Positions 12,467-27,890 of a stretch of 64,000 nt of DNA are shown here, piece by piece. Both the position numbers and the translations under genes were made by a program. Location: assembly GCA_044892525.1 (NCBI GenBank), contig CM097885.1, positions 51,028,001 through 51,092,000 of the forward strand, given 5' to 3'. The stretch's first letter is position 1. Each line of letters opens with the position of its first letter. The notes beneath the pieces were generated by a model that had not been told where the DNA came from, ran no database searches, and saw only the letters and a program-made list of their open reading frames with translations. This stretch comes from Schmidtea polychroa. Its lineage: Eukaryota.

Positions 12467-13242
12467 AACATAAATATGAAAAAAAAATTATTGAAACGGG
12501 TGATGGTGGCGAACCGGTAATTATCGCCACCTGTCTATCGAACACCCCGGATCGATTCTTTAATGTGCACATTTATTTCTCAGTTGTTTTCGGACCTCTT
12601 TCGAATTCACTTTCGAATTCATTTGTACTTTCGAGCAACACACTTAAAACGCCGATGAAATCGTATTCGAGCGAGAAGCGAATAATAAGGTGTGCTGCTA
12701 TTATCGGATTGATTCTGATGTATGAGTCTGGCCAGCTTGTATATTGGAAGAGATTCGATAAACGAAAGAGGTTGATAAATAAAAAATATGATCCGGATCA
12801 AAAAAAACTGTTGAGGGGACAGTGAAAAAAAAAAAAAAATACCACTGTCCCTTCAGAGCAGTTTTACTATTTTTCATTTATTTTTTAATTTATATAATTT
12901 AAAATCAATAATCTGATAAAGATCAAATAGCCCTCTAACGTTTTCATAATGCCATTTTCTTTTCTATTCTCTTTTTAGTTTGAAGCTTTTCAGTTTGAGG
13001 CTTTAAAGATTAAGGGTGGTTGTTGTTTAAAATATGGGGTTAAAATACTATAAAAGTATAGGTTTTATGTTGTTTTTCTAATGGTTTAAGCATAATGGAG
13101 GTATGTTTTAGTTGGGAGGGTTGTGTTGGTTGGGTATATATACACTCTACTCAAACAATATGATCCAGGATAAATGTTCTTTAGAATCGGATAACGGCAA
13201 TGGTGTTTTTGGCCAACTAATCTCAAATTTATTTGGTAGATT

Positions 13243-13620
13243 GCTTTCGTTGGTATTCGAGGCAATAAGTGTGATGTAGTAGCTACACAAAGAAAAGTTC
13301 CATATAAAATGATTGAGAAGAGTTCAGCTACAAGATTGCTCAATATTACTGAAAGTACTGGAGGTGTTATGACTGGTATGATCCCTGATTATCGATCTCA
13401 AGTATGTCGTGCACAAATGGAAGCAGCGCGATTTAGATATAAACATGGATATGAAATGCCTTGTGACATAATATGTCGTTGTATTGCGGATATTAAGCAG
13501 CTTTCTACCCAATCAACTGAGATGCGACCATTAGGTTGTTCAATGATGGCATTATCATATGGTATTGAAATGGACAAACTGTTATTATTGAAAACTGGGG
13601 GAAAGGATTATTATTCGTTA
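13243..13620 (+). pseudogene. PSMA6: Proteasome subunit alpha type-6 fragment
   Basis: GIRGNKCDVVATQRKVP...GVMTGMIPDYRSQVCRAQMEAARFRYKHGYEMPCD...EMRPLGC matches the PSMA6 core. Both ends are missing and it runs into (AAT)n. Confidence 0.85.
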
Positions 13621-13634
13621 TCTTGAATTTAAAC

Positions 13635-13872
<238 letters not shown>

Positions 13873-16800
13873 TGAAGTTTAAATTTCATCAATTAACTCA
13901 ATAAGCTATACATTAGTTTAATTATTAATTAAATATTTACCTAAATATTCTTTGAAATTACAAATATCGCTTTAAATGCATTATAATTATATTCTGAAAT
14001 GTAATAAACAGTGATTGTCATAACATATGTTTATCAGAAATTATTCAGAATCATTTAATTTCTTTTTTTTCTGAAATTCTAAGAAAAATAATTGTTTACG
14101 GAAAAATAAAAAAAATAAAATCATTAAAAGATTTGATGAAATTTATTCAATTTTAAGTATATCAATTTTAAAACAGTCATTTAAATTGAGATAGTTATGA
14201 AAATCGTGCAAATAAATTATCTTTGTAATTCAGTTCTAATAAAATGATAATATATAATTAATAAGTTCCGTTCCTGACAAAATAGTTCAGGATTCTATTG
14301 TTGAGTAGCGGGATTATATCAAATGATTAATTTGCATAATCTAACATTTAAATACTTCTAAGGCCGTTTGTCTATATATTTTAGAAATGATAATTAAACA
14401 GTTATTTTATATTTTATTGTCACTAAACAAATGGGTCATCTACACATTCAAACATTTTTTATTCTTTTGATAATTAAAGATTTCTGTCTACTAAATAACT
14501 CAACCAAAGCGTTTCATTACTTAATGATAAATGATTTAAACAAGAAATTTTATTAATAATTGTATTAATTTAAATTATCATCAGTGTGGTTGATTTGTCT
14601 AAAGAATAATTGCATTTTGTAAATTAGACTTTTAAGAGTTTGAAAAAAAACCAATTTTTTGCATAGACAAATAATAAAAATTTACGACAATTTGTAAAAA
14701 GTTATGGAGTTGCACAGAAATCCTAATGAAAATTTCGACATAATTAATGAAAAAAAAACATTTTGAATGATATAAAATAGAATTCATAAAAACATAATTG
14801 GGACAAAAGAGAAAAATTTCCATTAAGACAGACACAGAATATCCACAAAACAACATTTAACCACTAGCAATTGCAGAGAAAGGACCACTATTCTTTGACA
14901 AATATATATATATACCAAACAATTTTATAAAATTAAATGAAGTAGATTTGAATGAGATTATTTAAAAGGCATGCATAAAATTTTAAATTCCCAATATGAA
15001 ATGTAATTAAACGCACTTTCCGGTTTTCAGATAACTTTAATACATTCGTTTATTATTTCAACAATAAATTCTGTAACACTTGAACATGTAATGAAAATTT
15101 CAAAATTACAGTAGTCATTTGTTTCCATTAAAATAAAACATTTAAATTTACTTTATTTTGATATTTATTTAATTATACAATGTTTGTAGATATTTTGAAA
15201 TCATTGTAAAATATAATATTATTTATAAGACATTTTGAGTCATTGGAAAATTGCAAAAATTATATTTAAAAAGTATGATAAAAAATAAGAACAACAGTTA
15301 ATATTTATTTATTTATATTTATTTCATTACAAAATTTATTTCAAAACAAAAAGAATTTCACATGCTGGTATTTTATTGATTTTTCTTTTTAATTTTGCAT
15401 GTAATCAAATTTAATTACTTGTAATATCTAATTGAATAAGTTAATTATTACAAAATTTTCGTTAGTTATTGCGATATAAATAATTGTTGAGACAATTGAG
15501 TTGGGTACAGGAAAACCATTATCAACTCAGTTGTTTGCTTATGAACGATAGTAAAATGTCAGTATATTAAAACACATCTGACAAGAAATATTTTATTTCA
15601 CATCACATTTTGGACATCACTTGGAAACAGATAGAATTAGCAATTTATTAAGTGAATGAAGAAATAATTTAGACTTTCACTTTTATATTATTTGTTTTAC
15701 TAGGAGCGATTAATTTCTAAATATTTTCAATGCTACCTAATCAAATAATGAATAAAGTAGGTGCTTTAAATATGGAAATAAAAGATTATGAGTTTCATTC
15801 ATATCAGTTTATATTATTATTTTAGAATTTAAATTAAAAACCTTTGAATGTTATTCTAACAATGATATCCATGTATATATTCAGAGTGAAAAGAAATAAG
15901 CTTAAGTCAAGGATATAATTTTAGGGGATATTTTGTAATATTGTAAAATTAATTTTTTATATATAATAATATATTCAGTCGAATTATGAAATCCATATAG
16001 AAGATATAAATATAACAATTTGAAGCAGGCTAATCAATAGTAAAATGTTAAATTTTTATTGAAAATATTTATTTTACTAATGTTCATTTAATAAACAGTA
16101 AAAGTCTTAATAAGTCTTAATAAAAACATCGATATCTTTACAGATTTATAGTCAATACAATAAATAATAAATACAATATCAATTGAAAAGAAATTAGAGA
16201 TGAAAATTGAAAAGGTTCTTGTTATATATTATAAGAACTTCTTTCGATATCTTTACTGATTCACAGCAATTTCTTTATAAATATAAATTAACTATAAGAC
16301 TCGTAATATGTCATCTTTTCCACTTATAGAAACAGTTCTAAATGGTAGCACATGATTGTATTTCTAAATTATTTAAAATGTATTATGAAAACGCCACAGT
16401 TTTATCAGTTATTCATTTAATTTTGGTTTATAGAATAGATATATGCGATGGTTAAATTGAAAAACATGTTGTTTGAAGCTATGTATATAATATATTTTTT
16501 GGTTAAAGAAAAAATAAAAAAATACTAAAATTTCCATTTTTTGTTAGTAATATATTCTAAATATCATTATTCATAATTTTATTTTCACTTTAGATATTTT
16601 TCAAATGAACTTTTACAGTGAATACACTACTATGTAGCAGTTTGTCAGTGATGCTAGTATATATAAGAAAATTGAAATCTTTACTCACTGATAAAAATCT
16701 TTATGAAAGCCAACAGTCATATAACATTCTTTTAATATTGTAGATAAAGTTTTCATTCTATTAAGGTCTCAAAAGACTATTTTCAATGTATATTTATTTT

Positions 16801-19677
16801 CATTATTAGTAATTTTATTAATTCAACCAGGTGAATATTAATAATATATTACAAGTAAATAGAAAGCACAAAATATTATATCTTTTATTATAATTTAAAG
16901 AAAGCAACTAATCACATATTACTTAATTTACAAAAATCGAAAATTACACATGTCAAATTAGAATAAAATGTTTTTCTGAATATTATTTTTATTCCAATAA
17001 TAAATTTATTATTTCCTAACTTTCTTTAATAACTTCATTTTGTCAATTAATCATGTTTATTTATATATAGCGTTTGATATTTGTCTTTTTGTGATAAACT
17101 ATAAGTTACTTAGAATTATTAAAAATTGTAATGTTATTAGTTAAAACATTAATTTTCTTTTAAAAAGTTGATTCAGAATACAAAAGTTTATAGATATTAA
17201 TATTTTATAAAATTAAAAAATTTAAATAAAATAATTTTGATAAATAAAGTAAAATATCGTTTTACATTTTCAAAATGAAACTTATTTCATGTTTTATATT
17301 ACAGTAATACAATTACAGAGCTAGTTTTGTCTGGAATATAAAATATATATAAAAGAGAAATACATGTATCAATTTTAGAGATATTTCACATTGTTAAAAC
17401 TATTCCGAAAAATTATTTTTAATGTAAAGATTATTTATGTAAATAATAAATTTCTATTTTTTTCAAAATTTACTAATGCATAATTTTACAATTTATCCTT
17501 TTTTCTGCGTTTCTTAGAAATTTGGTTTTGATATTTTAATAATTTATTATTTTTTGTTGGATATAATTAAATTTATTATATCATTAAAATTTTATTATTA
17601 AAATATTTAATCTTATTTTTAACGTTATTCAATGAAAATTAATCAAATAAAAAATGCAACACAAGTTTTCCTCGCAGTTTCTTTTAAAACTAAAACGTGA
17701 TTTAAATAAATAACAACTTAAATAAAATCATTAAGTTGTCTTGAGTTTTATAATTCACTATAAATAAATAAATCATCTAAAGAAAACATAAAAAACACAA
17801 AGTTTTATTTTAACAAAATAATTTGAAATTCTTTTTCAAAGACCATTTAAAAATATGACTATAATAGTTATAATATAATAAAAATGAAAAAAAAGATTTG
17901 ATATTACATTTAACTTTTATAGTAAAAAAAGAATTTTACAAAAATATGTAATATTTTCATTTTCTCAACTCTAAACTTTCAAGTGTAAATAATCTCTTTA
18001 ATAATAATAACAATAAATTTGCGAGGATGACAATGTATAATTAAATAATATATTAAATTAAATTAAAATAATTATTGGAAATAATTATTGAGAAATTTGA
18101 CTAGTAGTTTTATTAGACGAGGACGTCAGCTTTTGTATCTAAATAAATTTATACAAACAAGCTATAAATTTTTACAAGCTACTAACTACTAATATAAATA
18201 ATGATAATAATTGTTTATTTTCAATGAAAACTTTCGATGACATTATATAAAAAAGCGATTGTAATTGACTTCGTTGCTGATTTTTGTGTCAAACAACCCT
18301 GAAATGATTATTAATGAATGTAAAAAATTCATTTTATCTTTAATTTGAGAAAAGATTTGAATATTAGACAAGACTTACCATGATAAGTTACAACAAAAAT
18401 AATAATTTAAAAAGAAATTAATTTTAAAATTATTTTGAAAACATTTCAAACTAGCATATTAAATCTTATGATATTTCAAGGAAGTAAATTAATTAAGTAA
18501 ATTTTATCCTTATTGCTTCCCCAAAAAAATACTTCTATCAATAAACTAAAAAAACATTATTTCCCATAAAATGTTTGCTTATTATTCCTAGTCATTGAAA
18601 TTTTCAACAAATCTTACTGAGGGAAGATAAAAACAAGACATATTACCAATTAAACATAGTGAAAGCAGACAAAATCAATTAAAGCACGTAACAATTTAAA
18701 CGAAATTACTATTTTCCATTTATAATTAATAGAAATAATAATTAAAACAAGGAAAAGAATATTAGTTTTATTAAATAGGATGAATGCGCAAGGAAACGAC
18801 GTTAACTGACAGATGTTTATAGTAAGTAAAAATTAAACATAATTAATGATATTTTTTCAATAATCTGCTAATGAAATAGTTTGAAAACTCAAATGGAATG
18901 AAAATAAAAATATTAAACGCTTCTTCGGCGGTTTCCATAAATTTTCACAAACTCTCAACATTTTATTAATATAAAATCATTAATGAATATTTTAAAACTA
19001 AAATTCTTTTATAACTTAACTATTAAAACGTTGTTTGATTTTAAAAATGAAGATGAATTTAAAAATTCTCTAAAAATGTTTAATATAAAATATTTCTTAC
19101 ATGTAAGAAATTGAGAAATTCATCAAAGTCTTTATTAATTAGTGCTCGTCACGTGTTTTTTTGAAATATTAAAACAATTTTTACGAATATTTGCGTATTT
19201 CCGTGACAATAATTTGAAATAAATAGCAAAATAATATTGTTAACAATACCAAATTATTTGTTATATGGTCTATGACCGTGGGATACAGAATACACATTCT
19301 TGATAGGAAAACCTTTCGTTATTAAAAATACGATTGTTGTTTGTGAAAGAATTAATTTATGCATTTTCAGATAATATTTCTCCAACGATAAATTAATAAA
19401 TAATAATTGGAATTGTCAATGGCACCTTTGCACATTTTCAGTGTACATTATTTTTTTAATGTAAATGCAATATGATATTTTCCACTCTTTTGAACAATGA
19501 AATAGGAATGACAGTTTAAATTTAACCTTTAATTAACAAATTAAATAAATAGGTATTAATTAATTTAGTATTTAAAATGAGCATAATATGTATTTTGAAT
19601 GGTGTAAAATATTTTTGTCGGATGTCTAACAGTTGAATAATATAAGCATCACAAGCTTTGTGATACCCAGTGCAAAT

Positions 19678-19728
19678 CCCTATAGTAGACTAGTTTCGAA
19701 CTTTTGTCTCTCATCAGTAAAATGCAGG
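19678..19728 (-). ncRNA. Minimal type I hammerhead ribozyme motif (Penelope-type), degenerate stem I
   Basis: Minus strand: CTGATGA-GAGAC AAAA GTTC-GAAA-CTAGTC, i.e. the catalytic core, stem II and a palindromic stem III ending in a GUC cleavage triplet. Confidence 0.7.
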
Positions 19729-21339
19729 AGACGCGAAGATTTCTCTTCATGCCAGGTAAGTATACAATATTGCTTACAATATAAGTAGATATAATTATAA
19801 TAATAAATATATTGTTGAAATAAAAACGTCATCTTTGTATAAATCCTTTTGATAAAAAAAAGCTTTTGAAAGTCTTAAAAAACTTTTATTAAGTAAAATC
19901 AAAACCGTCTAAAAATTATAAGAAGAGCTTTAAATTTCCTTTAGTTGAATTTTAAATAATTTTACTAATTTTAAAAACTTTGTTTGTTTAATTTAAGTTA
20001 AAGAAGGAAATATGTAAATATCCGTTTAGAATTTACGATAATTTAATGTTTTATGTATTGATATGTTTAAAAACCTGAAGAAAATTAGTTTCTTTAAGTC
20101 ATTTAACTTAAAATGGAAAAATACATATCGAAAGATTTAAACAATAATATAATTAATAATTAAATAATTCTTTAAAATATGTGAATGAGGCAAACAAATC
20201 AGTTAGTGAATAAAATGATAAAATGATAAAATAAAAGGATATTAGCTAATGCTAAATAATTCTAATGAAGTTTTAGCTATTGTAATCAATAGTATTATCA
20301 TTATATATTAGATTTATAGAAATTAAATTAAAAATTAATTAAGGACTCAAGAATCTGATCAAGTTCTTTAATTAATAGGATAAGGACTTTGAACTTTATT
20401 TTGCATTTTACTGATGTAAATTTTTATTCTGTAGAAAAATGAATTAACATTTACACTTATTGTAAATTCCCGATGAATTTGCTAATATTATGTCAACTGG
20501 ATATCATTCCCACATTTAGTTGTGCTAGATATCTGCTTGAATTTAATAACATTATTAATCAAATTTATTATAATATTTTATTTTTTTAATCTCACTTCTT
20601 TACTTATTCTTACATCTTTTGCTAGCTCTATTCTGTTCTTGTATTATTTTCTTTTTTAATTCGACATATATAATTTTAATTAAAATTTTTTAATAAATAT
20701 TCAAGAATAAATGTAATTTTTCAAATTTTGACTTAGTGTCGTATTGTGTAATATATTTTGTTTGAATATGAACTTGTGAAAAAATGAAATAAAATTAATG
20801 ACATTTTAAAATTTCAATTGTTTATGTAAAATAAGTAGTTATTTGATTTTATCTTATAAGATTTTAAAAGTATTTTTTTTCTCATTGATTGCATAATAGT
20901 TAACTTTTCAAATGCAACGGGCATTTTATATTTGAATACACGAATTAGATAACAAAAAGGTTACTGACAAAATTTATCTGATAATATTTTAAAAAGTGTC
21001 TAAAAAATAACTACACTGGGCAACCATTCTATTTCGGAAGTATTTTATAGAAACGATTTCACGGTTAAAGATTACTAAATATTTTAGCCATGTATTTAAA
21101 AAGTGAAATGGTTGTTTGATTTGTTTGTTTTTATTTAACCATTTCCATTTTAAATTATGAATCATATATGCAATAAAATGGAATAAATTAATTTAATATT
21201 AAAACAATTTCACTAACATTTAAAATATTTTTTTCTTTAATTTTCTTCTAAATTATCATTAACCTAAATAAAAATATTAAATTTATTAATTAAATGAAGT
21301 AACTTATCACCATACAATGCTTAAATATTAACGTAGGGT

Positions 21340-21503
21340 CACATAGTTTTTATCGGCATGTTTTAATGATGTAGTTATTGTAGTGCTACCACGAAAATTA
21401 TGATTAAACCAGAAACTTTGATCCCATTTTTGGGTGTGGCACAATTATTGAATCTAACGAATAAACTTGAGCTCTGCTAACCACTCAACTCACCGCTCAA
21501 GGG
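21340..21503 (-). mobile_element. Possible degenerate tRNA-derived SINE
   Basis: Minus-strand head GAGCGGTGAGTTGAGTGGTTAGC (A-box-like) and GTTAGATTC (B-box-like). Confidence 0.3.
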
Positions 21504-21562
21504 TTTGGTTATAAGTAAATGCATTCTTAATCTTGTCTCATCTTGTCTTTATTGGATTTTTG

Positions 21563-21716
<154 letters not shown>

Positions 21717-22707
21717 GATTTTATTGATCTTCACCCACTTCACAGACTTTACCACGTTTTGTCAATACGAATCTTATACAATTAACCACTCGCTGTCATA
21801 CTAACCTTCCTCGGCTTTTACTATCTTACCGTCACCACTCTCTTATTATTGCTTTTGCCAACTATCATTCAAACACTACCATTTTATAATAAATTTAAGA
21901 TATTGATTAAAATACAAATAAAAATGGTGACCATGCCATTATAATACGCGGTTTTGTACAACATGTATTACGTAAACCCAAAGGGTTTCATAATAATATG
22001 TATAATTACGCGCAAATTAACTACCCAGCATTATGTAATGCATACTGAGGAGTCTGGCGCAGAGCTGACATGGTAGCATACTAATGTTCCCTTAGTTTAT
22101 AAATTATTCAAATATTTGAAATATTTGACGAATTAAAATTTATTGAACAAGGTTTAGAAACTCTGTTATTTGGATTGTTCAGACTGCATTCATTAGACTA
22201 ATTATTCTTTCAAAAATTGCATTGGAATGTTGAATTACGTGTATGTGGATTATTGGGAGCGGAATAATCTTTAAAGAATATTATTTATTTCTTACCTAGT
22301 AATTTTTTTATCGTTTGCTTCAGTCATGTTCATTAAAATTTGTTGTCATATAGAAAGTCAATATCGCAAGTAATATTTAATAATTTTGTTAAGTCGGGAT
22401 TTTCAGAGGTAATGTATGAATTAGGATTTGTCTGTTGAACTTGGAACACTTCTACTCAAATAAGGGCGTCTGACAATTCTAGTCATAAGTGATCAACAGG
22501 TATAAAGCGTTCATAAAAAGTATAATAGCAAATAATCAGTTGAGAAAACTTTTAACTTTATTTCATATGAAGGAAAACTAAGTTATTTATTTAAAATGCC
22601 AAAGATTTTATTCAAACGCTAGGAAGTTTACTTAAAGCTATTAATTTTTTTTAATATGAATTTATACATATAAAGTCCCATAATGAAAAATAAATTTGAT
22701 TAGTATC

Positions 22708-22910
<203 letters not shown>

Positions 22911-23920
22911 GAGTTCTAAATGAAAGCATAAGATCGATAATAAAACAAACGTTTCAATTTTTTTAAAAATTATAATGAACAACGATTCACTGAATTTCAT
23001 TCACTGTTTTTTTTTTAAATGTAAATATAAATCAAAAAAGAATTTAATTCAAAGTACAAATAAGTTAGAATTTTTCATGCTTCACTTAATATTTATAAAA
23101 TCGAAATAATTTAAGTTGCTTTTCTCTGATATCTATTTTATTATTCAAAAATAATTTATAATATATTTCAAAAATTTAACTTAATAAAGATTATATTTGA
23201 CTTTTTAATTTTGAAATGGAAAGTTATAATTTAAATTTCAAATTATCAAATTGTGCAATTTAACTGATTTTTTTGTTGCATCTTTTTGTAACATATCGCT
23301 TTTTTTAATTTTAATTTAATATTGAAATTAATAAATTCATTTTGTATAGAAAATAATGATTAAGTTGTTTAAATAAGGATTGGGAATTGCAAGTTTTATA
23401 ATTTAGTTTAATAAATAGTTATCTTTAAAACGAAAGGCGTAATTGAATTGTAATACTTTTACATTTAGTAATTCGGATCTACAATTTAACAATAATAAAA
23501 TTCCAGTATTACTTTTGTCATGATTTTAATTTCAAAAAAAATTAAAAACATTATAATTTCTCGGACCAAACTGGCAATTTGAAATAATTTATTACTTAAT
23601 ATACCTTTTATCAATTATTGCGAGAGATTTTCTTTACGTCTAAATTTCTTAAAGGAAATAAACTTTTTATTACATCAATCCTTCTTGATTACTAGTGTGA
23701 TAAACTTAGACATTTTTAATGTTAAAATTGAATTTTTACATTCGTTTTTTCAATGATTGTAAGGGATAAAAAATTCCTACTTAATTAATTGATTAATTAA
23801 TATTGTTAAATTTACACCTGATAGAAAAGCCCATCAATTCGAAATTAATTCAAGTTTTGCCGCTAAAATACGATGTTTTTAGGATAGTTATTTATTTACT
23901 CTTAAATTAATTTTAATTGG

Positions 23921-25038
23921 CTAGTATTTAATTGAACATTAATAATATATTGATTGAGCATTAATATAATAAAGATTTAGCATTAATTTAATAACATCAT
24001 AGAAATTATTTTTGAGTATTTATTTGTTTAAAGAACTACATTAATTTAAAAGAAAAAATACATTAGTCAATTTAAGAAAAAACATTAGACAAAAAAAGAC
24101 CATTATTTAATATTTGAAATTGAAAAATCACAGACCATTATTTATAAAATTGTCATTTTCATTGTCTTAGTAAAGCTGTTTTAGCTTTCGAAGGTTTTCC
24201 TTTCTTGGTCTTGATTCCAATATTTACATTTTTTGCCTCTGGTGGTAGTTTGCAATACTTTAATCTGATCGCAATACCAACCACATGTTTGCAAATGTAG
24301 TACTTTAGAAATGCAGGACAGGTACAAGTATTTGCTGTATTTGATAACAAGTGCTTCGTTGTAAAGAAAAAGCTGAATGTAGTATTTTCATCAATTTCCT
24401 CTTCATATTTTATTTCATACGCTTTTTAACTGCGACAAAACATTTGATAGTTGCTGTTTCGTTGGAACTAGTAATGACTTTTCAGCAAGAAGTTCTAAGA
24501 CTCGCATTGATTTGAATTTCAGTTTAAATAATTCACAAATTTATTTCTTTGTCTCTTCTTTAATGCATGTTGTTCGTAGACTGTGATATAGGAAATAAAT
24601 AGCCCCTGCCATTGTTTCGAGCGTATTTTGACTTGATTGCACCTGTAGTATACTCTCTTGCCTTCACCTGAAATATTTGTCATCGAAATTCTCCAGATTT
24701 CATCATTCTTTATTTTTTCTAAAGCTTGTTCCTTTTATTCATAGGTCTTAAAAGGTACAAAATTCTTCGAGTTAGTTTTGAGCGTTTTGTATTAGAAGCT
24801 ATGTTGTCTTGGGTGTTGTCTATCTCTTCTTCTGTATCGCTTGAATAATGTGCTACGCGTTGGGATTGAGCCATTCAAAACTTTGGATTTGAATTTTTTA
24901 GTCATAATAAATATAAACAATGATCATTTTAAAAAATTTAATGCTCATTCAATTTAATTAATGCTAAATTTCTTTAATTCTCATTTTAAAAATATTAATG
25001 CTCATTTTAATATAATTAATGCTCGTTTAAATTATAAG
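23921..25038 (-). mobile_element. Deleted MULE-like DNA transposon relic with SWIM zinc finger
   Basis: CTCPAFLKYYICKHVVG (CxC..CxH) at 24159..24350. Imperfect inverted repeats built of GAGCATTAAT/ATTAATGCTC at ~23925-23990 and ~24940-25035. Confidence 0.55.
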
Positions 25039-26065
25039 TGATTTTAATTGATCTATAATAACAAAATTTACGTAACTACATACATAATTTTTATTAATTT
25101 AATAAATGTACTTTGACGAAGCGAAATTTAGATTGTAAAAATATTTTTTCAATTATTTTCATTAAAAATATTTTACAATATGTGTAAAATGGTTTTAGCC
25201 AAAATTAGAATAGAACAATTTTGTAAGGGCTCAAAGAAAATTGTATGTATTAAATTCAACATTAAATTAAACACTGTCGAATTTTCACGTTCCACTAAAT
25301 ATTATAACTTATATTTATATTCCAAAATATATATTTACAAATAAATGTTTGAAGGTTTTGTCATTAGGTGCCACGGACTGTCTGGGTTATAAATAATTAC
25401 GGCGTCACAGTAGGATCTCTGTGACAGTAAACAATCACACTGATTAGTGTGCTTACATGAAGCGTGCTGATTAAATATGCTTAAAAACTTTTAAATATTT
25501 AAAACAAAAAGATATTATCTGTCACTAAAACTAATAACACCAAAAATTAAATTCTTTCTCTTCAGTAACCGAAACAAACAATTAATCAATGCGATAATTA
25601 AAACAAATTTCTAATTATAATTGTGTTTGGTTACAAATTATAACTAATTGCTTATTCATTAAATAAATTTTTGTTATAATTCTCCATTAAAATTTTATTT
25701 GTTTGTTAAAATTTAACTTAGTGAAAAAAGAACAGATAAAATGATAAAGAAATAGTTGGAAAAGGGAAAATTTGAAAATTCTCTATTAATGAAACGAAGT
25801 GCTATATAATGGAGCTAGCTGTTTAATAGATAATTATTATTATTTTTTATACTGGAACAATTCCCAGTGAGATAAATTAAATATTCTGTTGACATTGAGC
25901 CAAATTTCTGAAGTTGATCATTCACAAAATTGAAATACATAAAATCTCTCTTATTACAATTAAATACACATTTGAGAGCTGAATAAATATATGAAAAATA
26001 TTCTGTCAAAGTATTTACTTGGAAAATAAATATTCTATAAAACTAAATATCAATCATAAATATCA

Positions 26066-26281
<216 letters not shown>

Positions 26282-26899
26282 CATTTCTATAAATAGAATA
26301 TAAATAGAATATATTTAAACTTATAAATTTATTATAAAATACGAAATAAATTTATTATCCCCCAACAATAATTATTTAATGTAATAATGATCAAATTCAC
26401 TTGAAAAAGGCAGTGCCGAAAATTCGTGAGTATCAACAAACATCGATATAATACTGATTTATAGTCTTCAAACTCTCCTTTCAATTCAATGGATAAAATA
26501 ATCAGTGGTAAAATTGGAAGAAATAAAAGTTCTTATTTATGATATAATGATATAATTATATAATGATATACTTTCTTTTTCTGAATTTTTTAAAAAAATT
26601 TATTTAAAATTAAATAAAATAAATATCATTTAAAACTCAAAATGACAAAAACTAAAATCTTTAAATTTTTTAAAGTTTCTATAATTAGCTTCTAGAAGCC
26701 TATTAAAATATTTCAAAATATTTTAAAATAAAGCCTCCAATAACTATTTCTGTACGCTATTTAAATATTTCAATAAATATGTCAATTTTGATTTTTAATC
26801 CTATCTTTTGAAAGTATACTTCCTAAAATATTTTATATTATTTTAATTATTACTTTTTTTAAATTTATTATATTTTTTATATATTATCAGTTTTTCCAA

Positions 26900-27890
26900 G
26901 GTCAATGGCAACATATCAAATTGATGATTTCATTGATTTCTTCTTTAGTGTTGATTTTTGGCCGTCTGTTTATGATGAGAATTGCTTCTTTGAATCTGAC
27001 ATTTTTCTTTTGATGTTTCCATTAGCTGTGATTTCTATTGAAATATTGAAATAATATTTCTTTCCTCTGTTGGTTGACATTGTTGGAGATGTCTGTTTAT
27101 CGAGGATATTCCACCAGGATCTATATGTGCTTTAACTCTTTGGTGCAAGGTCCTGAGTGTACTTCCAATGTAGATTTCATTGCATACATTGCACGTGATG
27201 CAATAGACGATGGTTTTTCTAAAGCACATATCTTTCGTGTCTGGCAGTTTTCATTGTGCAATGTTTTCTCTATTTATGTTGTTTGTCAGAGCTTTTCTCA
27301 ATGTCCAAGATTTATGTGCTATCCGAATTGGGAGACTGGTGCGTTTAAGTTCTTTCAGGATCTTGAAGTAGAGTATGTCACAAATGAATGGGATATTACG
27401 ATAGAAATATTTCTTCTTCTTTTGTGTTAATTCCCTAGCTCTTTTGGGGTAGAATTCATTTTTTTAATGTTCTCACCTTGATTTCCGTTTCTGTGAAGGA
27501 TTTTATTGAAATTTGATTGTTGTTTAAGGTTTTCGTTTTCTTCAGTGCATCATTTGGCTATTCTTCGTTTCTCGTTTTTTATGACGTCTACTTTCTGTAA
27601 GTATGGAAGCGCTGATCTTTGATGCATAAATATTTCTTTGCGAGCTGGTTTTCTGTAGAACCCGTATGTTGGAGTATTTGATTCTATTTTAATTCTCAAA
27701 TCCAATAAATTGAGGGATCCATCTTCTTCCGGATATTCAATTTCGAACTTAATATCTCGGTGAGCCGTATTGAAGGTATGAAATATCTCCTCTGCTTCTT
27801 TTCTGATTTTGGTCGTGATGAAGATATCATCTACATATCTTGCATAGAAACCGATGGGTTGTATGGTCCTCAGTGTATGTCCTTCCAGGT
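26900..27890 (-). mobile_element. 5'-truncated Penelope-like element (RT C-terminus plus GIY-YIG)
   Basis: Minus strand PIGFYARYVDDIFI...FYRKP, followed by IVYCITCNVCNEIYIGST.R.LHQRVKAH. Confidence 0.9.

Larger units (their letters stand above)
1..12870. mobile_element. Polinton/Maverick (adintovirus-like) endogenous element, degraded; termini not resolved
   Basis: Co-located MCP, retroviral-type integrase, packaging ATPase, adenain-like protease, penton and protein-primed PolB. No TIR pair found; the left end may lie outside the window and the right boundary is approximate. Confidence 0.93.

Noticed and set aside
12310..12825. 171-aa (YLF)n ORF
   Set aside because: Derived from a 9-bp tandem repeat, with a non-ATG start.
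12960..13140. GT-rich stretch as a possible NUMT
   Set aside because: No recognisable mitochondrial gene motif.
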